64,000 nucleotides of DNA from Azolla caroliniana (Eukaryota; Plantae; Polypodiophyta), in NCBI GenBank assembly GCA_043228905.1, contig JBHGNT010000002.1, forward strand, positions 9,114,001-9,178,000, read 5' to 3'. The notes below the pieces were generated by a model. It was not told the DNA's origin. It did no database searches and worked only from the letters and a program-made list of their open reading frames with translations. Within the stretch, counting starts at the first letter, position 1, and each line of letters starts with the position of its first letter. This document shows positions 36,893 to 50,700 of the stretch, one piece after another. The position numbers were made by a program, and so were the translations under genes.

Positions 36893-38592
36893 ATGTGGTG
36901 GTTGTTCAGTCCAGGCCTAACGTTAAAAGAACTTACTAGCATGGAGGATAGGGTGGCCCGCACCATAATGAGGGCCTGGTCAAGTTTAAGAGAGGGGCTG
37001 GTCTTAATGCAGCCAAAAACAATGGAGGAACAACTCCGTCAACCTCTATTTTGGAACCCCAGGATTCGAAGTGATGATGGTATGATGCTTGGTCAGAAAA
37101 AATACTTGCCATGGGGAAAAATGGTAGGGTACAATGTTAGTTCAGTAAGAGACTGGGAGGAGTTCAAAAGGAGAAGAAGGGAGGGTCTGGTTGGAAGTCC
37201 TAGATTTACCGGCAGGCTGGAAAAGGTTACTCACTTGATAGATAAGGCTGTTGATGGTCTAGCTAGGCTGAATGAAGAAGAGGGGGTCTAGTTTGGGTGG
37301 TTTGTAGGTGAGGGCGATGCGCAAATTATCCAAGGCAGGTGCCCATCTAATGAGTATCGTTTGTGGGGCAACCTAAGTGCTTTGGCAGACAATGGCCAAT
37401 GGTTGGCAGTGCGAGTGACAATGTTGGAAGGTAAGAAGTGGCAAGTAAACCCGAACCCAGGGAAGCTGGAATCTGATCGTAAACTCTGGATAGTTGACAA
37501 CAAGCCCATATGTGATCTGGATTGGGATCCACTAGAGGTGTGGTGGCAGAAACCGGGTACAGACAAACTTGAACGGTTTTTCGAGTACACTACCAAGCTA
37601 GGAAGGCAAATCATTAGCTCTAAATTGATGGGTGCTGGCCTAACTCGCAATAGTTGGAAGGATAAAGGCATTTCTGATGACTGGTTGAAGTCGTTTTGGA
37701 GGAGGCTATGGGCGTTTGATATGCCAGAAAAAATAAAGCTTTGGTTGTGGCTTCTTAGTCACAAAGCGGTGCCGGTGGGGGAGTGGCTTAGGTGTCGTGG
37801 TGGTGAGGTTGGATGCAAAAGTTGTGGACACCCTTTGGAATCAATTCCTCATTGTTTTTGAAACTGCAGCGAGGCTATTAACATTTGGGGTAGAAGTCTC
37901 AGGATAGTGGCAGCATGCGGAGTGAATGGGAGAGTTGTATGGGGGTCCGTACAAGGGATGAAGTTAACAGGGGAAGGCTGGGCTGAACAGTTAAATCCCC
38001 ACGGACATGGTTTTATAGTGCAGGATGGCAAGGTGTTTCAACGGGCTGGAGTTCGACATGGCACTAACTCAGAATTTTTTGAGGAGATATGGATGATGGT
38101 GTCTTGTTTATCGGTATGGCACATTTGGACCAACCGTTGTAAATTTGTTTTTCAACAACAAAAGATCCCTAGCGGTGAGGTATTATTAAATATCTGGTTT
38201 GAGTTGGTATCTTGGCTGCGGGGACGATACGACTCAATCAAGGGGGAATCTGATGCAGCTGAAAGATCTCAATCAAAGTTCTTGCTGAAATGGGGTAATT
38301 CTCCTATGGTGGGCAGATCCTCATCAGGGCCTCAATGGAACTACCAAGCACCCCGATGGCTGTTTCCGGTTTCCAACAACGTCTAGGTGCTGTAAATCTG
38401 TATAGATATGGTACAAATTATTAGGTTATTGGAGTTGTTTGGATACGTTTGTTGAAAATGAGGTGGGGACTATGTCCACTTTGGTGGGAAGGCCAGAGTG
38501 AGGGCTGGTGAGAAGAACTTTGGGTGTTCTATGATGTAATTTTGTTTGCTAACTAATGCGAAGTAGTGTTTTTTGGGAAAAAAGAAAGAAAG
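36893..38592 (+). mobile_element. 5'-truncated LINE (ORF2 C-terminus with zf-RVT-like CCHC) plus A-rich tail
   Basis: KIKLWLWLLSHKAVPVG..GCKSCG..ESIPHCF*NC; WHIWTNRCKFVF; long frame with two stops; 3' TTTTGGGAAAAAAGAAAG. Confidence 0.85.
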
Positions 38593-39654
38593 TAAATGGC
38601 CATCTCATTCTAATAGAGAAGGATAGTGACAACGCATATATCTTTTTTTGAGTGTGACCAAAAATTTATTTTAAAGGTTTTTGTTCATTCAAACATATGA
38701 TACACCAATTGATGTTATACTAAATTTGGGATTGCTTACACGTCATACACCGAGATACATTCAAAGTGATAGACCGTAGAGCATCTCAGTTTGTATCTAG
38801 TTTCAGCGCGGAAAACAATCCTTGACAATGGTAAAATAAATATATTAAAGGATGGATTCACAAGGAACATTCAGTATTAATGGAATAGCTAGAGTTCTAG
38901 TCAATCAAATATTGAGGAGGCTTGGTATCTATTTTAATCATGAATAGATAAGAAAGGAATCTCAACTTGTACTAACACTATAATTTCAGACTCTTCTACG
39001 AAATGAACTCATGGAAGTGAGGATAGGGAAATAGGGCTTTCACAACGTCCCAAGATGAAGTGTTTGAATTGTTTACATATGGTCAATGAGTGCTCATCTA
39101 AGTGAGACTATTATAGCCATGCCCAACATTCGGGCATGGAGGAATTTCATTATTGCCTACACTCACCAGATCAACAGACCAAAAAGCCCAATATTTAATC
39201 ACATGGTTTCAAAGAGACGCCTCTAGATGTGATTGAGAACACTCGGTTCTTGATTTTTTATTGTACCATTGAAAGTCGGGACAAACATTGTCAGATGTGC
39301 TCAACAGATAGTTCAAAATCTAGACAAACATGAGTAGAGGACTTAAACAACCTCCAAACATAAAAGGACGTTGCATATATCTAAATCTAGGAAAGCATCT
39401 AGATCCAGACCACCTTAGTAACCACTAAAGAGTTTAATTCTAGAGAGTAAGGTGGAAGCAACCATGGGAATTCTGTTAAAAAGGAGAGCCTAACTACTTC
39501 AAAGTAGAGTGCCGAAAGAAGAAGAACGACTCGACTATGTCACCCCAACAACAAAGGGACTCTATTGGATGGATGGCGAAGATAATAAAGGGCCAATATT
39601 GGTCATGTGACACTCAGCAAATAGGATGGAAACAGTCACTTCCTAACCCGATGA

Positions 39655-39762
39655 TGTCTGGTTTGTGGACTCATGCGCTTCAAATCACATAACAAGCCAT
39701 CAAGAATGGTTCATGAATTTGAGGGAGCTTGAGAGACCCGATGTGGTGGAGACCATTGATGG
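39655..39762 (+). mobile_element. Copia protease fragment
   Basis: VWFVDSCASNHITSHQEWF. Confidence 0.75.
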
Positions 39763-39764
39763 CT

Positions 39765-40446
39765 CTAAACGTTTTCGGCCAGGTGCATCTGAATGGTCGA
39801 TTTGGCAATCTCGTCCAGGGAGTGCCATTCGTGTGTTGTCATCAATGTTGGCTTGTTGTTGTGTCGTATCGCCTCAATTTGACGCCGGATGATTAGTACA
39901 TCTTGCATCATCTCCTTCCATAGGGCAAAGTTCTTGTCGTCAAATTTTCGGATTTCTATGCCGGAACCGGATGTAGATGTCATATTTTATTGGAAGTGAG
40001 AGCTTGGCCTAGTCCTTTTCTTCAGTTGATTCTTCTCTTCTCCTTGTATTGTTGTTGCCAAACCCTACACGCTCTAATACCAATTGAAGAAAATAAGGTT
40101 GTTTGAGTCGTGTTATGGTAGGGAAGCACATACGATCTTGTATGGAGTCAAGCAAACAATAGGAAACAACAAGAGATGATATGTGCACTACTCAAGTTTA
40201 GAGAGATGAATAAGATCAATGTTGAGACAGTTACACACACACACACACATAGACTTTTGCTCAAAGACTTAACGTTTCTATTACCACTGAACTCACTTTA
40301 CAATACACAGTCTCTCATATATGGGAGGAGGAGGAGAGAGCCTTTTGGCTATGGGTTTTACGAGTTAAATGGTGAATAATGAGCAGAGATTGTAGGGGCC
40401 CTTCTCAAAAGATGGATAATTAGGGAAGAAGATAAAGAAGTGATCA
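39765..40446 (-). mobile_element. Copia 5' end: LTR (from 40085, far end uncertain), PBS-Met variant, gag N-terminus
   Basis: IRKFDDKNFALWKEMMQDVL; PBS TGGTATTAGAGC at 40071-40082 (-). Confidence 0.8.
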
Positions 40447-40740
40447 TGAAGGGCGGGGATAAAAAATGAGTAGAAGGATTAGGGTAGAAGCAAATTCAGT
40501 TCTCGCTTTGTATTTATGTTTGTGTATACTGATAAAAATGGTAGATAGTAGAGGAGGAAGAAGAAGAATGTTGCAGGGATGAAGAAAGAAGTGTATGATG
40601 ATGGTGATGAGGACGATGATGTCGTGTGTGTAATTCCTCAACTTCCGCTCCAAAGGGGGGTCATCGTAGTGGTCACCAAGGTGTTTGTGGGTGGGCGTGG
40701 AACCAAGAATGGCTCCACCCCCTCCCAAGGGGTAGAACGT

Positions 40741-41770
40741 TGTCGTGAAGATTTTTTGCAACAGTGTGAAAATCGCGTGGAACAAGGAAAATCGAGAAGG
40801 TGCAATGTGCACACGTATGAACGGAGTGATGGTTACAAATGTATGTTAGCACGTTAATGTGCACGTGTGATGTGTGTTTAGGTGTTCATTACACAAAATA
40901 TAAGAATAAGCCTAGGGCCTAGTGGAATAAATTGAGGTGCAAGTAAAGTTTTGAACCTTACACCTCCAAGATAGGAGGCAATTGACATACAATTAAGGCT
41001 AGGTTGTTTTCTTTAAAGTTTATTTTTTTCGTCGTACTTGTCACATGTAACTGCTCGTACATGAGAGCTTGAATGAGGGACATGGTTATCATGCATCACA
41101 CGTGATGCATGAGTGCCAAATGGCAATCATGCATCGCATGCATTTCATGCATTGTATGCATGTCTTACACCCTCACATGCATCATATGCATGGGGGCATC
41201 TATATAAGAAGGAAAGGAAGGGAAAGGAAATCAAGTGATGTATGGAATTAATAATTAATAAGATAATAATCAAAGCTTAGTTGTCTCATTTGCAATGTAT
41301 CTTGTCTCTCAATTTTCAGGTCAAAGGTTCAAACCTGGAATTGGAATTCCCACCTGTATCTATCTACCTATCTACCTTTAATACTTTCTCGCTTGCGCTA
41401 GTTCTTCCAATCCAGAACACTGACAGTCCCACTTCATTATCTTGTATGATCCCTTCGATCCTCCATCACCACTTTCGGATAGAGGACGGTGCTTGTCTGC
41501 GCACGTGTAACGTGCACATCGTGACGTTTGGCACATGTGTCACGTGCTTCGTGACATCTTTGTGGTGCGGTAAACATTTTCTCTCTCTCTCTCTCTCTCT
41601 CCCTTTTTTCTCTCAGTCAACCCACACAAGCGTCTTCAACAACAAGAATGACCTGATTGTAAACCTAAACGACCGATTCCTTACAAGCACAAGTCACCCG
41701 ATTCATCCTCCTTGGTCAAAGACCCCGGTGGTCCAGTTCGACGGACCCGCAGGCGCGGATTTCCGCGACA
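40741..41770 (+). mobile_element. Solo LTR (~1030 bp), ACGT-targeting family
   Basis: TGTCG...CGACA termini; flanks ACGT / ACAT; TATATAA at about 41201; homologous to 22942, 44149 and the 58.3 kb copy. Confidence 0.78.
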
Positions 41771-42373
41771 ACATGAGGGGGAGAGATAGAGACAATAACT
41801 TAGAGAGGAACTTCTTCTATGTTTTTCATTCATGCCCCATATGGAGTTATATAGTTACATGAGGGTTATACATCAAGACATACAATGAGATATGTAGGGG
41901 TAACTACCCTTCTAGCCATTCACACACAACTTACCCACACTCTTTCAAATTTGCACACATGCACAAAAATGTGCATGTGTTCATACCAACATACTCACAC
42001 ACTTACAACAAGCCTACATAAAAAGAGTTTCACACTTATGCACTCATCCACGTACAATCGTACGGATAACACTTGGTACGCCCATCAAGTGATAAACTCC
42101 ATCAAGAACATATGGAGCTCCAAGCCGACTTTGGATGCCAGGATAAGATGCTCATGAACCTAACCTTGTAGTTGAAAATACAAGAGGAGACCTACGCAAA
42201 TAAAAAAACAAGGTTTCAGAAGGAGCTGGATCTAAATCAACAAGAACTTGAAGAGGAGAAGTTATGGCTAAACTACCAATTGCAGAATGCAACTTAGGCA
42301 TACGACAGAGAGAAGCAATATATGCAAACCACACTCCAATTGGCACAAGTACAATAGGCCATTCAGTTGCAAT

Positions 42374-43071
42374 CATAGATTGACATATTCGCATTCGTGG
42401 GGTTTCCCATTCGAATGCATACAAATACGCATACGAATGCATGGTCAAGTATTCGTTTATCCCAAAAAAAAAACAAAAAAGAATCCAAGAACTCCCTCCG
42501 TTTTTAGTTTACTAGGATAAAAAAAACGGGACTTCACAATAAAAAGGGACATTAAAAGAGGGATTATAAAAAGGAACATTAAGAGGGACTTGACACTAAT
42601 AAATTTTTATAATAAATATAAAAGTATTCGTTTTATTTTTAATAAATAAATAAAATACAATAAAGGTTCATTAATTCCTCACTTTTTATTCTCTAAAAAA
42701 TTATAGATATTTTTATTTTGATATTAAAAATTGGACTTCACACTAATCATATTTCTATAATAAATATACAACTATTCGTTTAAAAAAAAAAAGTAATTAA
42801 TTAAAATAAAGGTTCATAAACTTCCCCATTTTTTATTTGACACTATAAAAGACAGTTAATACTAATCATATTTATATAATCTATTAATGAATGATTGTTA
42901 TTTTTTTAGTGAATTAAATTTATTTAAATAAAAAACTGAATTAATTAATATTTTATATATTTTTGTAAAACGAATGGTTTTATAATATTCTTGACGTCAT
43001 TTCGTATTCTCGAATATTGAGAATATCACACATGGAGAATATGGCGAATATCACGCATGTGTCAATCTATG
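42374..43071. mobile_element. hAT-type MITE (698 bp)
   Basis: TIR CATAGATTGACA; perfect 8-bp TSD GTTGCAAT; subterminal CGAAT/ATTCG repeats; AT-rich interior. Confidence 0.92.
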
Positions 43072-44148
43072 GTTGCAATTGGTAACAACTCAACTCACTT
43101 AGGTGCAGGAATATGGTTAGGTAGAGGGTCAGAATGGGCGAGGAAAGAATCAAGCTCGTACTAGATACTCATAGGCGACAATTAGGTCAAAAGATCGCAA
43201 AGGTGCTCAATAAAGGATGGAAGGAATGGTTAGCACAAGCAACCGAACTTCAGGTCCTATGAGCCGATCAAAACAATCATCGAAAAGAAGGGTGCGGATT
43301 CTATAAGATGGACGAGGAGAGCATCACTGTAATTCGGAAGAAGTTATTAGAGGATTTCTATTCTCTGACTCAAATTCACTCCACCGAGATTAAGAAGATG
43401 ATCGAAGAATATGAAGACGAGCATGCAACTGACGTCGTTCAAATTAAGCCGAGTAATACTGATGAGCCGTTAGATACACAAGACCAAACCGAACAACAAA
43501 CGGACCAGCCGTCGGCGAAATAATAGGGATAACAAGAGCAAGAGACTGCAACAACTGAGGCAGAAGAACACGCTGAGGAGATAGCCGAGCAGGAGGAGGA
43601 TACCTGCCTAACGCAGGAAAACCAACTGACCGAACGAGGGAAACCATTGAAAGACACAACGCTGGTCGACAACGACAACGAAAACGAATCAACTCAACCA
43701 AAGCCGAACATTTTGGGCATTTTGGAAGACGAAGAATAAAAACAATTTTTGTGGGTTTGATTGTGTAGGGCACTGTCCCACGTATGTGCCATATGTTAGC
43801 TAAGCGAGTCGACCCAAGGTGTGAAAGGGCCAAAAGGCCGAAAAGAGGAAGTAGCCGAAAAGTAAGAGCCAAACAAGTACGAGTAATATCTTAAGCCAAA
43901 GAAATATGCGAAGTAGAAAAAATGTAAAATACTACGAGTAGTTATAACTATTTTCCTAGTTGCTAAAAATGGCATGAACTTTCTTGATATAACCTATCCA
44001 TGCTTCCTATAAAAAGGGGCATGAAGCATTGTAAAAACTATCGATTTGTAAGTTAGTGCTAGGAGTAATATAATTTTATTTAGAGTATATTGTGTTTGTG
44101 TTGATATCTAATTTTAAGTATATTATGTTAAGCCGATTCAGACAACGT

Positions 44149-44680
44149 TGTCGAGGAAATCCTTGTTTGCTTGTGGAATGAAGTGGGACCACCAGGGTCC
44201 TGGACTGGAAGGACTCAACGTTTTACTAGTGTAAGCAAGAAAGTATTTAAGATAGATAGACAGCTAGATAGAGAGATTCCAATTTCGACTTTGAACCCTT
44301 GACTTCAAGTTTTAAGAGACAAGACCAATGAGATAACTAGGATTTTATTATTCTTAAGTTCTTGATTCATTCCATGGCTCCCTTACACAACCCCAACTAG
44401 AGGCTTTTATAGGTCTCTCCATGCTTGTAACATGCACAAACCATGGGTGAAACCATGGTTTTGTGCACGTGGGTTTGCTTATGACATGCACACACCCATA
44501 GGCTTAAACCATGGTTTTGTGCACACGGTTTTATACACTTGTTTCTTATGGAATATTGAATATGAGAAGAAAATATATCTAGAAAAAATATAAAGTACTC
44601 AATAGTAGCTTTAGTGGTAAGTTAATTGTCTCCTATCTTGGAGGTGCAAGGTTCAAAACCTTACTTGCACCCTTTCGAGC
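44149..44680 (-). mobile_element. Partial LTR (3' end at 44149), ACGT-targeting family
   Basis: ACGT|TGTCGAGGAAATCC matches the reverse complement of the 41770 end; shares internal blocks with 40935-41430. Confidence 0.75.
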
Positions 44681-44685
44681 ATTTC

Positions 44686-46081
44686 TCAAAATGTGACTTC
44701 CTCTTCTGGCAAGAGAAATTCCTCTTTCCCAACACAAAGCTTTTCTCTTGTCTCTTTAGTGAAGGCATGTCCGATTCCTCTCAGATCCCATGCAACTTCC
44801 TTCATTCGTTGCCAGCTATCCTCAAGTAGTGGAATAGAAACATGCTTTAGTTTCTTGTCCACCAGTTTGTATTTAGGATTAACTTCGACTATTTCAGCCA
44901 TGATACTTCGATTATACTCGTCGATGGCAATGTACATTTCGATGGAGTTTATCTTACTTGATTGTTGGCTACAAGGGCCCAAGTCCACAACATTCTCCAT
45001 TTCGCCAATGGTGTCGTTAAATGAGGCTTCCTCCATAACCCATTCGATGCTTTCATCACTTTCCATTATTTGTTCTTCTCTTAAAGCTTCCTCAAAGCTT
45101 TGCATTCAAGACTTCTCTTCTTTGTCAAATGTGTTGATTTTGCACACTCCATTAGGGGCTTGTATAACCCTCCTTCCACAAATTCGCGAACTTCACTTCC
45201 TTTTTGGGGCATATGCTTGTTTGGACTATTCACGCCCCGCTCGCAAATAGCCCGACCTAAAAATTCGAAGCATCTTCTCCCAGACTATCACGATTCCTTT
45301 CGTGGTTGGCACATACAGTCAAGAACTGTACGACCTTCTTCTTATCAAGAATCCTTACTCGAGCAAATGCCGCACCATTATCGAACACTTTCGTTTCCAT
45401 CCGGGACCATGTTATGTAAGGTTGCCCAAGAATGATATGATGGGATGCCGAATCTTGAACAAAAAAATGTTGATCTATCTCAACATCGCCAATCGTGATG
45501 GGGATATTAGGACATGCACCATATAGGTCTTCAGTAGCTTTCATTGTCGCACGGATCTTCCACCCATGATTCGTATTTATGGGCCATCTTCCTTTTTTGT
45601 AGAACTTTGTTGACATAAGGTTGATCTCGGACCCATGGTCTATTAAATCTATGACTGTTTCATTTCTCTCTCCTATCTTTATTGATGTCTCCGCCATTGC
45701 TCATGCCCAATGAGGCCGAGTATAGTGGTTGTCCACCATATCTTCATTAACTTCGTCCCTTGCCACATTATGACATTTGCTTTTGCTTTTTATGGACTCT
45801 CTTCTTCCTCGTCAGATTGTTGCCTTTTTCTTTTTACGAGGTCCATGATCGTATCGTGGAACTCTTTTTTCGTAATGTCGAGCAATTCCCTTAAGGACAA
45901 GAACACGTTCCTCGAGAATTTTCTTCAAATCTGTCGTCTGTTTTATGTCTGACCTTAACTTATAGGCAGGCATAGTTATTGTGTTTTGAGTGGGGTCTTC
46001 GACATCAACCCTCATGGGCCGAACCATTATATGGATTTCTAAAGAAAAGGAAGACGTTAGAATGGCGAGAGGTGCATACAA
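44686..46081 (-). mobile_element. Gypsy gag C-terminus, aspartic protease and pre-RT linker (decayed)
   Basis: LIDHGSEINLMS...QHFFVQ..IILGQP protease; YKLRSDI; KYKLVDKKLK. Confidence 0.75.
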
Positions 46082-46084
46082 ATG

Positions 46085-47132
46085 CGATATAAAGATTCAA
46101 GAAACTACTTCTTGAAGCTCTAGCACTACGAAAGGCCGACTATACCAAAGGAAAGTCGATTTATGTGACTGTCGATACGAGCCCAACCAAAATCAGGTGG
46201 GTCATCAACCAAGAAGAAGAAGATAGCACATGGTATGTCATTCGGTTCAGAGCAATGGTCCTTACCGAACGACAACGAGGATATGCCCAAGTCAAGCGGG
46301 AACTCTAGGGTATCGCGTCCTTAGCTTACTACCTGATCAGGTCGGAAGTGATAATTGAGATAGATTGTCTCCCAATCCTTGGGATGATCTCAAGATGTGT
46401 GACACCAGATCTGGCTATGCTAAGGTGGATCTCCTATATCAAGTCTTTGAACCCAGAGATCCGCCACATTGCAGGAAAGAACAACGTCATTGCCGACATG
46501 TTGTCAAGAGCAAGTTTCAAGAATGAAAGTGACATGGTTTCGGAAGATGAATACATCACCCTTGACTTCTTCAAGACGGCCCACCTGTTGACAAAAGACA
46601 AAGGCATGCCAACCCTCCACGCCTTCAACGAGAATGAGTATGAAGGAGCATGGTTACTGATTGATAGGTTCTTGAGAACAATGACGGTGGTTGCTTCGTG
46701 GACGAGGGGGCTCTACGAATCCGGAAGAAAGCTTACCAGTACTTTTTGAAGGGAGGATTCCTCTGGAGGCACCCAAAGAGAAGGACAGGAATGCCACGTC
46801 GAGTAGTGGTGAAGGGAGAAGACCAAATGATGTTGATGTTTGAATTCCACAAGAGTCCTTGGGCAGGTCATAGAGGAACATGGGCGACGTTCGAAAAGCT
46901 AAAGGAGAAGTATTGGTGGCCGAGCATGTGCAAAGATATACTTCATTTTGTGTCACATGCGAAAACTGCCAAGTACATTCAACATACGTCACTGTGATGA
47001 GTTGCGACCGGCATACCCACTCACCATACATTTCAAATCGATGGTGGATCTGGTCTCGATGCCAATGGGACTAGGATAGATGAAGTGCTTGGTACTGGCA
47101 AAAGAAAACCTGACAAATCAGGTGGCAGGAAA
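46085..47132 (+). mobile_element. Gypsy RNase H and integrase N-terminus, continuing at 58046-58145 after the Copia insertion
   Basis: RGYAQVKREL, IEIDCLP, RWISYIK, HIAGKNNVIADMLSR; HKSPWAGHRG..YWWP..CENCQ; resumes GRALANK..LEEVVCR. Confidence 0.85.
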
Positions 47133-47766
47133 TGACGGGAACTACAACGCTCCTTATACGCAACGCTCGGCCACAACCGAGCTTAGATTCATACACAGAA
47201 AATGGGAAATAAAGAATGCACGACACAAAGAAGAGAAGTGTACACAGGATGTTTACGTGGAAAACCCCAAACTAGGGAAAAAACCACGGCAGCCCACAGG
47301 CTGCAAACTATCACTATGTTTGAATGTACAACAGTGAGTTCACGGAGGCAACGACCTCGTGCTCACGGTCTTCGCCACAGGCGGTGGTTACAACTGAGGC
47401 AACGACCTCTTCCTCTCTCTCACTCTCTCAGTACACAGTTACGCGCTCTGATCTCACGCAGACAAGAATAACAACTACCTCAAAAGGTTTGCCCTAAGTC
47501 ATATTTATACTAATATGACTTTTCGGCTATTTACAAATACAACCATGATGGACTCTCAGAAACATATTTACGAATATGTCTCTTCATCCGGTGAGCACTC
47601 CTCACCGGGTCTGCACCATCCGGCTCTCCATAGCAGGGTACTCCTCATCCGGTTCTCACCGGGTCTGCACCATCCGGCTCTCCGTAGCCGGGTACTCCTC
47701 ATCCGGTTCTTCTCTGTTCTTCTCTCTTCCCATCCGGAAGGACCTGTCTCCCAACAAACTCCCCCT

Positions 47767-50700
47767 TCACTCTGGCATGGGGTGTCTTACTAGTCCGATC
47801 CTCTTCCGGCATGCATCCCGCTTGTCGGGTATCAGCACTTTGGTCAGCATATCTGACCCGTTCTCGGTCGTGTGGATCTTCGTCAGTGCGAACTCCTGGT
47901 CATCTACTCTTTCCCGGATCCAGTGATATCTTCGCTGGATATGCTTCGTCCGGGAATGGTAGGCCGCATTCTTAGCAAGATGGATGGCACTTTGACTATT
48001 GCAATAGAGCCGGTATTCATCTTGCCGGATACCGAGCTCTTCGATGAAGTCCTTCATCCATAATATTTCCTTGCTGGCTTCCACAACCGCCATGTACTCC
48101 GCCTCCGTGGTTGACAATGCAATCTTCTTCTGCAGCCTCGATTGCCACGATACAGCTCCCCCTGCATATGTCATTACATACCCGGATGTAGACTGGTTGG
48201 TATCCACATCAGCCGACATGTCCGAATCGGTGAAACCGTCAAGTTGAGGTTTTCCGGAGCCGAATCGGAGACACATATTTGAAGTGCCCTTCAAATACCG
48301 GAGTATCCATTTGACCGCGTTCCAGTGCTCCTTGTCGGGATTGCTCATGAACCGGCTCACCACTCCGACTGCGTATCCTATATCCGGTCGGGTACACACC
48401 ATTGCGTACATTAAGCTCCCGACGGCAGAGGCATATGGAATCTTCATCATATCCGCCTTCTCTGCTTTCGTCTTCGGGCTTTGCTTACCGGATAACTTGC
48501 AGTTTGCCGGAAGTGTCGATCCGACCGGTTTCGCATCTGACATGTTGAACCGATGAAGCACCTTTGTCACGTACTTCTCCTGTGACAGCCACAATTGCTT
48601 CATTGGCCGGTTCCGGATGATATGCATCCCCAGCAACTGTCTCGCCGGACCCAAGTCTTTCATTGAGAAGGTCCGGTTGAGAGCCTTCTTCAGCATCCGT
48701 ATTTTGACTTGGTCCCATCCGACGATCAACATGTCATCCACGTACAGAAGGAGTATCAGGAAGTCTCCTCATTCGAACTTCTTCACAAACACGCAGTGAT
48801 CGGCCTGCGTCTTGTGGTACCCTTGATTGGTCATGAAGGAATCGAACTTCCGGTACCATTGTCGGGGAGCCTGCTTTAGTCCGTACAGGCTCTTCTTCAG
48901 CCGGCATACCAGGTGCTCCTTCCCTTTCTCCACAAATCCCTCCGGTTGCTGCATGTAGATCTCCTCTTCGAGGTCGCCGTGAAGGAATGACGTCTTCACG
49001 TCTAGCTGTTCTACCTCGAGGTCCATGCTTGCCGCTATACTCAGCACCGTTCGGATGGAGGTCATCTTTACTACCGGGGCAAATATCTCGTCAAAGTCCA
49101 CGCCCTTTTTCTGCTGGAACCCCTTCACCACGATCCTGGCTTTGTATCTCGGGGGGGTACCGGCATCTCCCGGTTTCAACTTGTACACCCACTTGTTTCG
49201 GAGTGCCCGCTTTCCTTTCGGCAACTCCACCAATTCGTACGTATGGTTTTCATGCAGGGAATCCATCTCATCCTGCATGGCACTTAACCATTTTCGGTTG
49301 TGGGTGTCATCCTTCGCTTCTTCGAAGCTTTCCGGCTCCCCCTCATCAGTCAGCAGAACATGCTCTGCATCCGGAAATATCTGGGGCGCCCTTCTCTCCC
49401 TGAGAGGATATCTCCGTCTTCTGGCTTCGGTAACCGGCTCCTCCATTTGCTCTTCATCCGAATCCGATTCGGGGTCTTGGCCGGTTCCGGTTTCAGCTTC
49501 CTCTACTTCTTCTTCTGCCGGTTCGGTATCCTCACCATAACCGGATGGTTCCTGGAGTGCTAACCGGTCTCCTGCCGGTTGGGTCTGCTCATCGTAGAAT
49601 CGATCATTACCGGTCGACTCGGAGTTCATTATCTTCTTCTCCGACTCCTAGTCGACGAGCGTCTTGTCCTCCATGAAGATAATATCTCGACTCTGGAATA
49701 CCTTCTTGTCGACCAGGTCCCACACTCAGTAGCCGAACTCATCGTCGCCGTAACCGAGGAATATGCATGGCCGGGTCTTTGGATCCAACTTTCCTCTCCG
49801 GTCCTTAGCTACATGCACGTACGCGAGACACCCGAATACCTTCAGATGCCGGTAGGACACTTCCTTACCGGTCCAGACTCTCTGTGGCGTGTCTCCATCC
49901 AAGGGTACTGAGGGTGATCTGTTTATCACATATGTCGTCGCCGATAGTGCCTCAACCCAAAACTTCTTGGGTAGTTTTGCATGCGCCAACATACTCCGGA
50001 CCCTCTCCATTATGGTCCGGTTCATCCTCTCGGCCAACCCGTTTAGTTCCGGCGTCTTCGGCACAGTAAATTCGAGCCGGATTCCCTTCAAGTGACAATA
50101 CTCCTCGAACTGCCCCCGGTATTCACCTCCGTTATCTGCTCGAACCGCCTTCAGTTTCCGGCCGGTTTCTCTTTCCACTCTCGCATGGAGCTCTTTGAAG
50201 ACGGATAGCACCTGATCCTTCGTCTTCAACGGTGTGGCCCACAGCTTCCGGCTGTGGTCATCTATGAACGTCACGAAGTACTGCGATCCTGCATGTGACT
50301 TCGTGTCCACTTGCCATACATCAGTATGCACCAACTCCAGTGGTGCATTACGTCTCATCGGTGGCCTTGGTCGGAAGGAGGTCCGGTTTTGTTTACCAGC
50401 CAGACAGTTAGTACACTTCTCCAAGTGCATGTTCTTCACTGGAATGAGGTTGTCGTCTGCAAGCCTCTTCATCCCTTTCTCACTCATGTGACACAGCCTT
50501 TTGTGCCATAGCTCATCGGCAGTGTCGGATGCCACGTTCACTTCCTCCGGACATAACCGGGCATTCATTAGGTACAACGTGTTTACCTTCCGGGCCCGAG
50601 CCACAATCAGGCTCCCTTTGTTGAACTTCATAACATCGTTCCGGATGCTACCCGTGTAGCCTTCATCATCTAGCCGACCAGTTGATATCAGGTTTAGACG

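Noticed and set aside
41860-43770. Acidic ORF fragments as a host gene
   Set aside because: Broken by stops and a MITE and followed by a probable PPT/LTR; likely the 3' region of an old Gypsy, not supportable as a gene.
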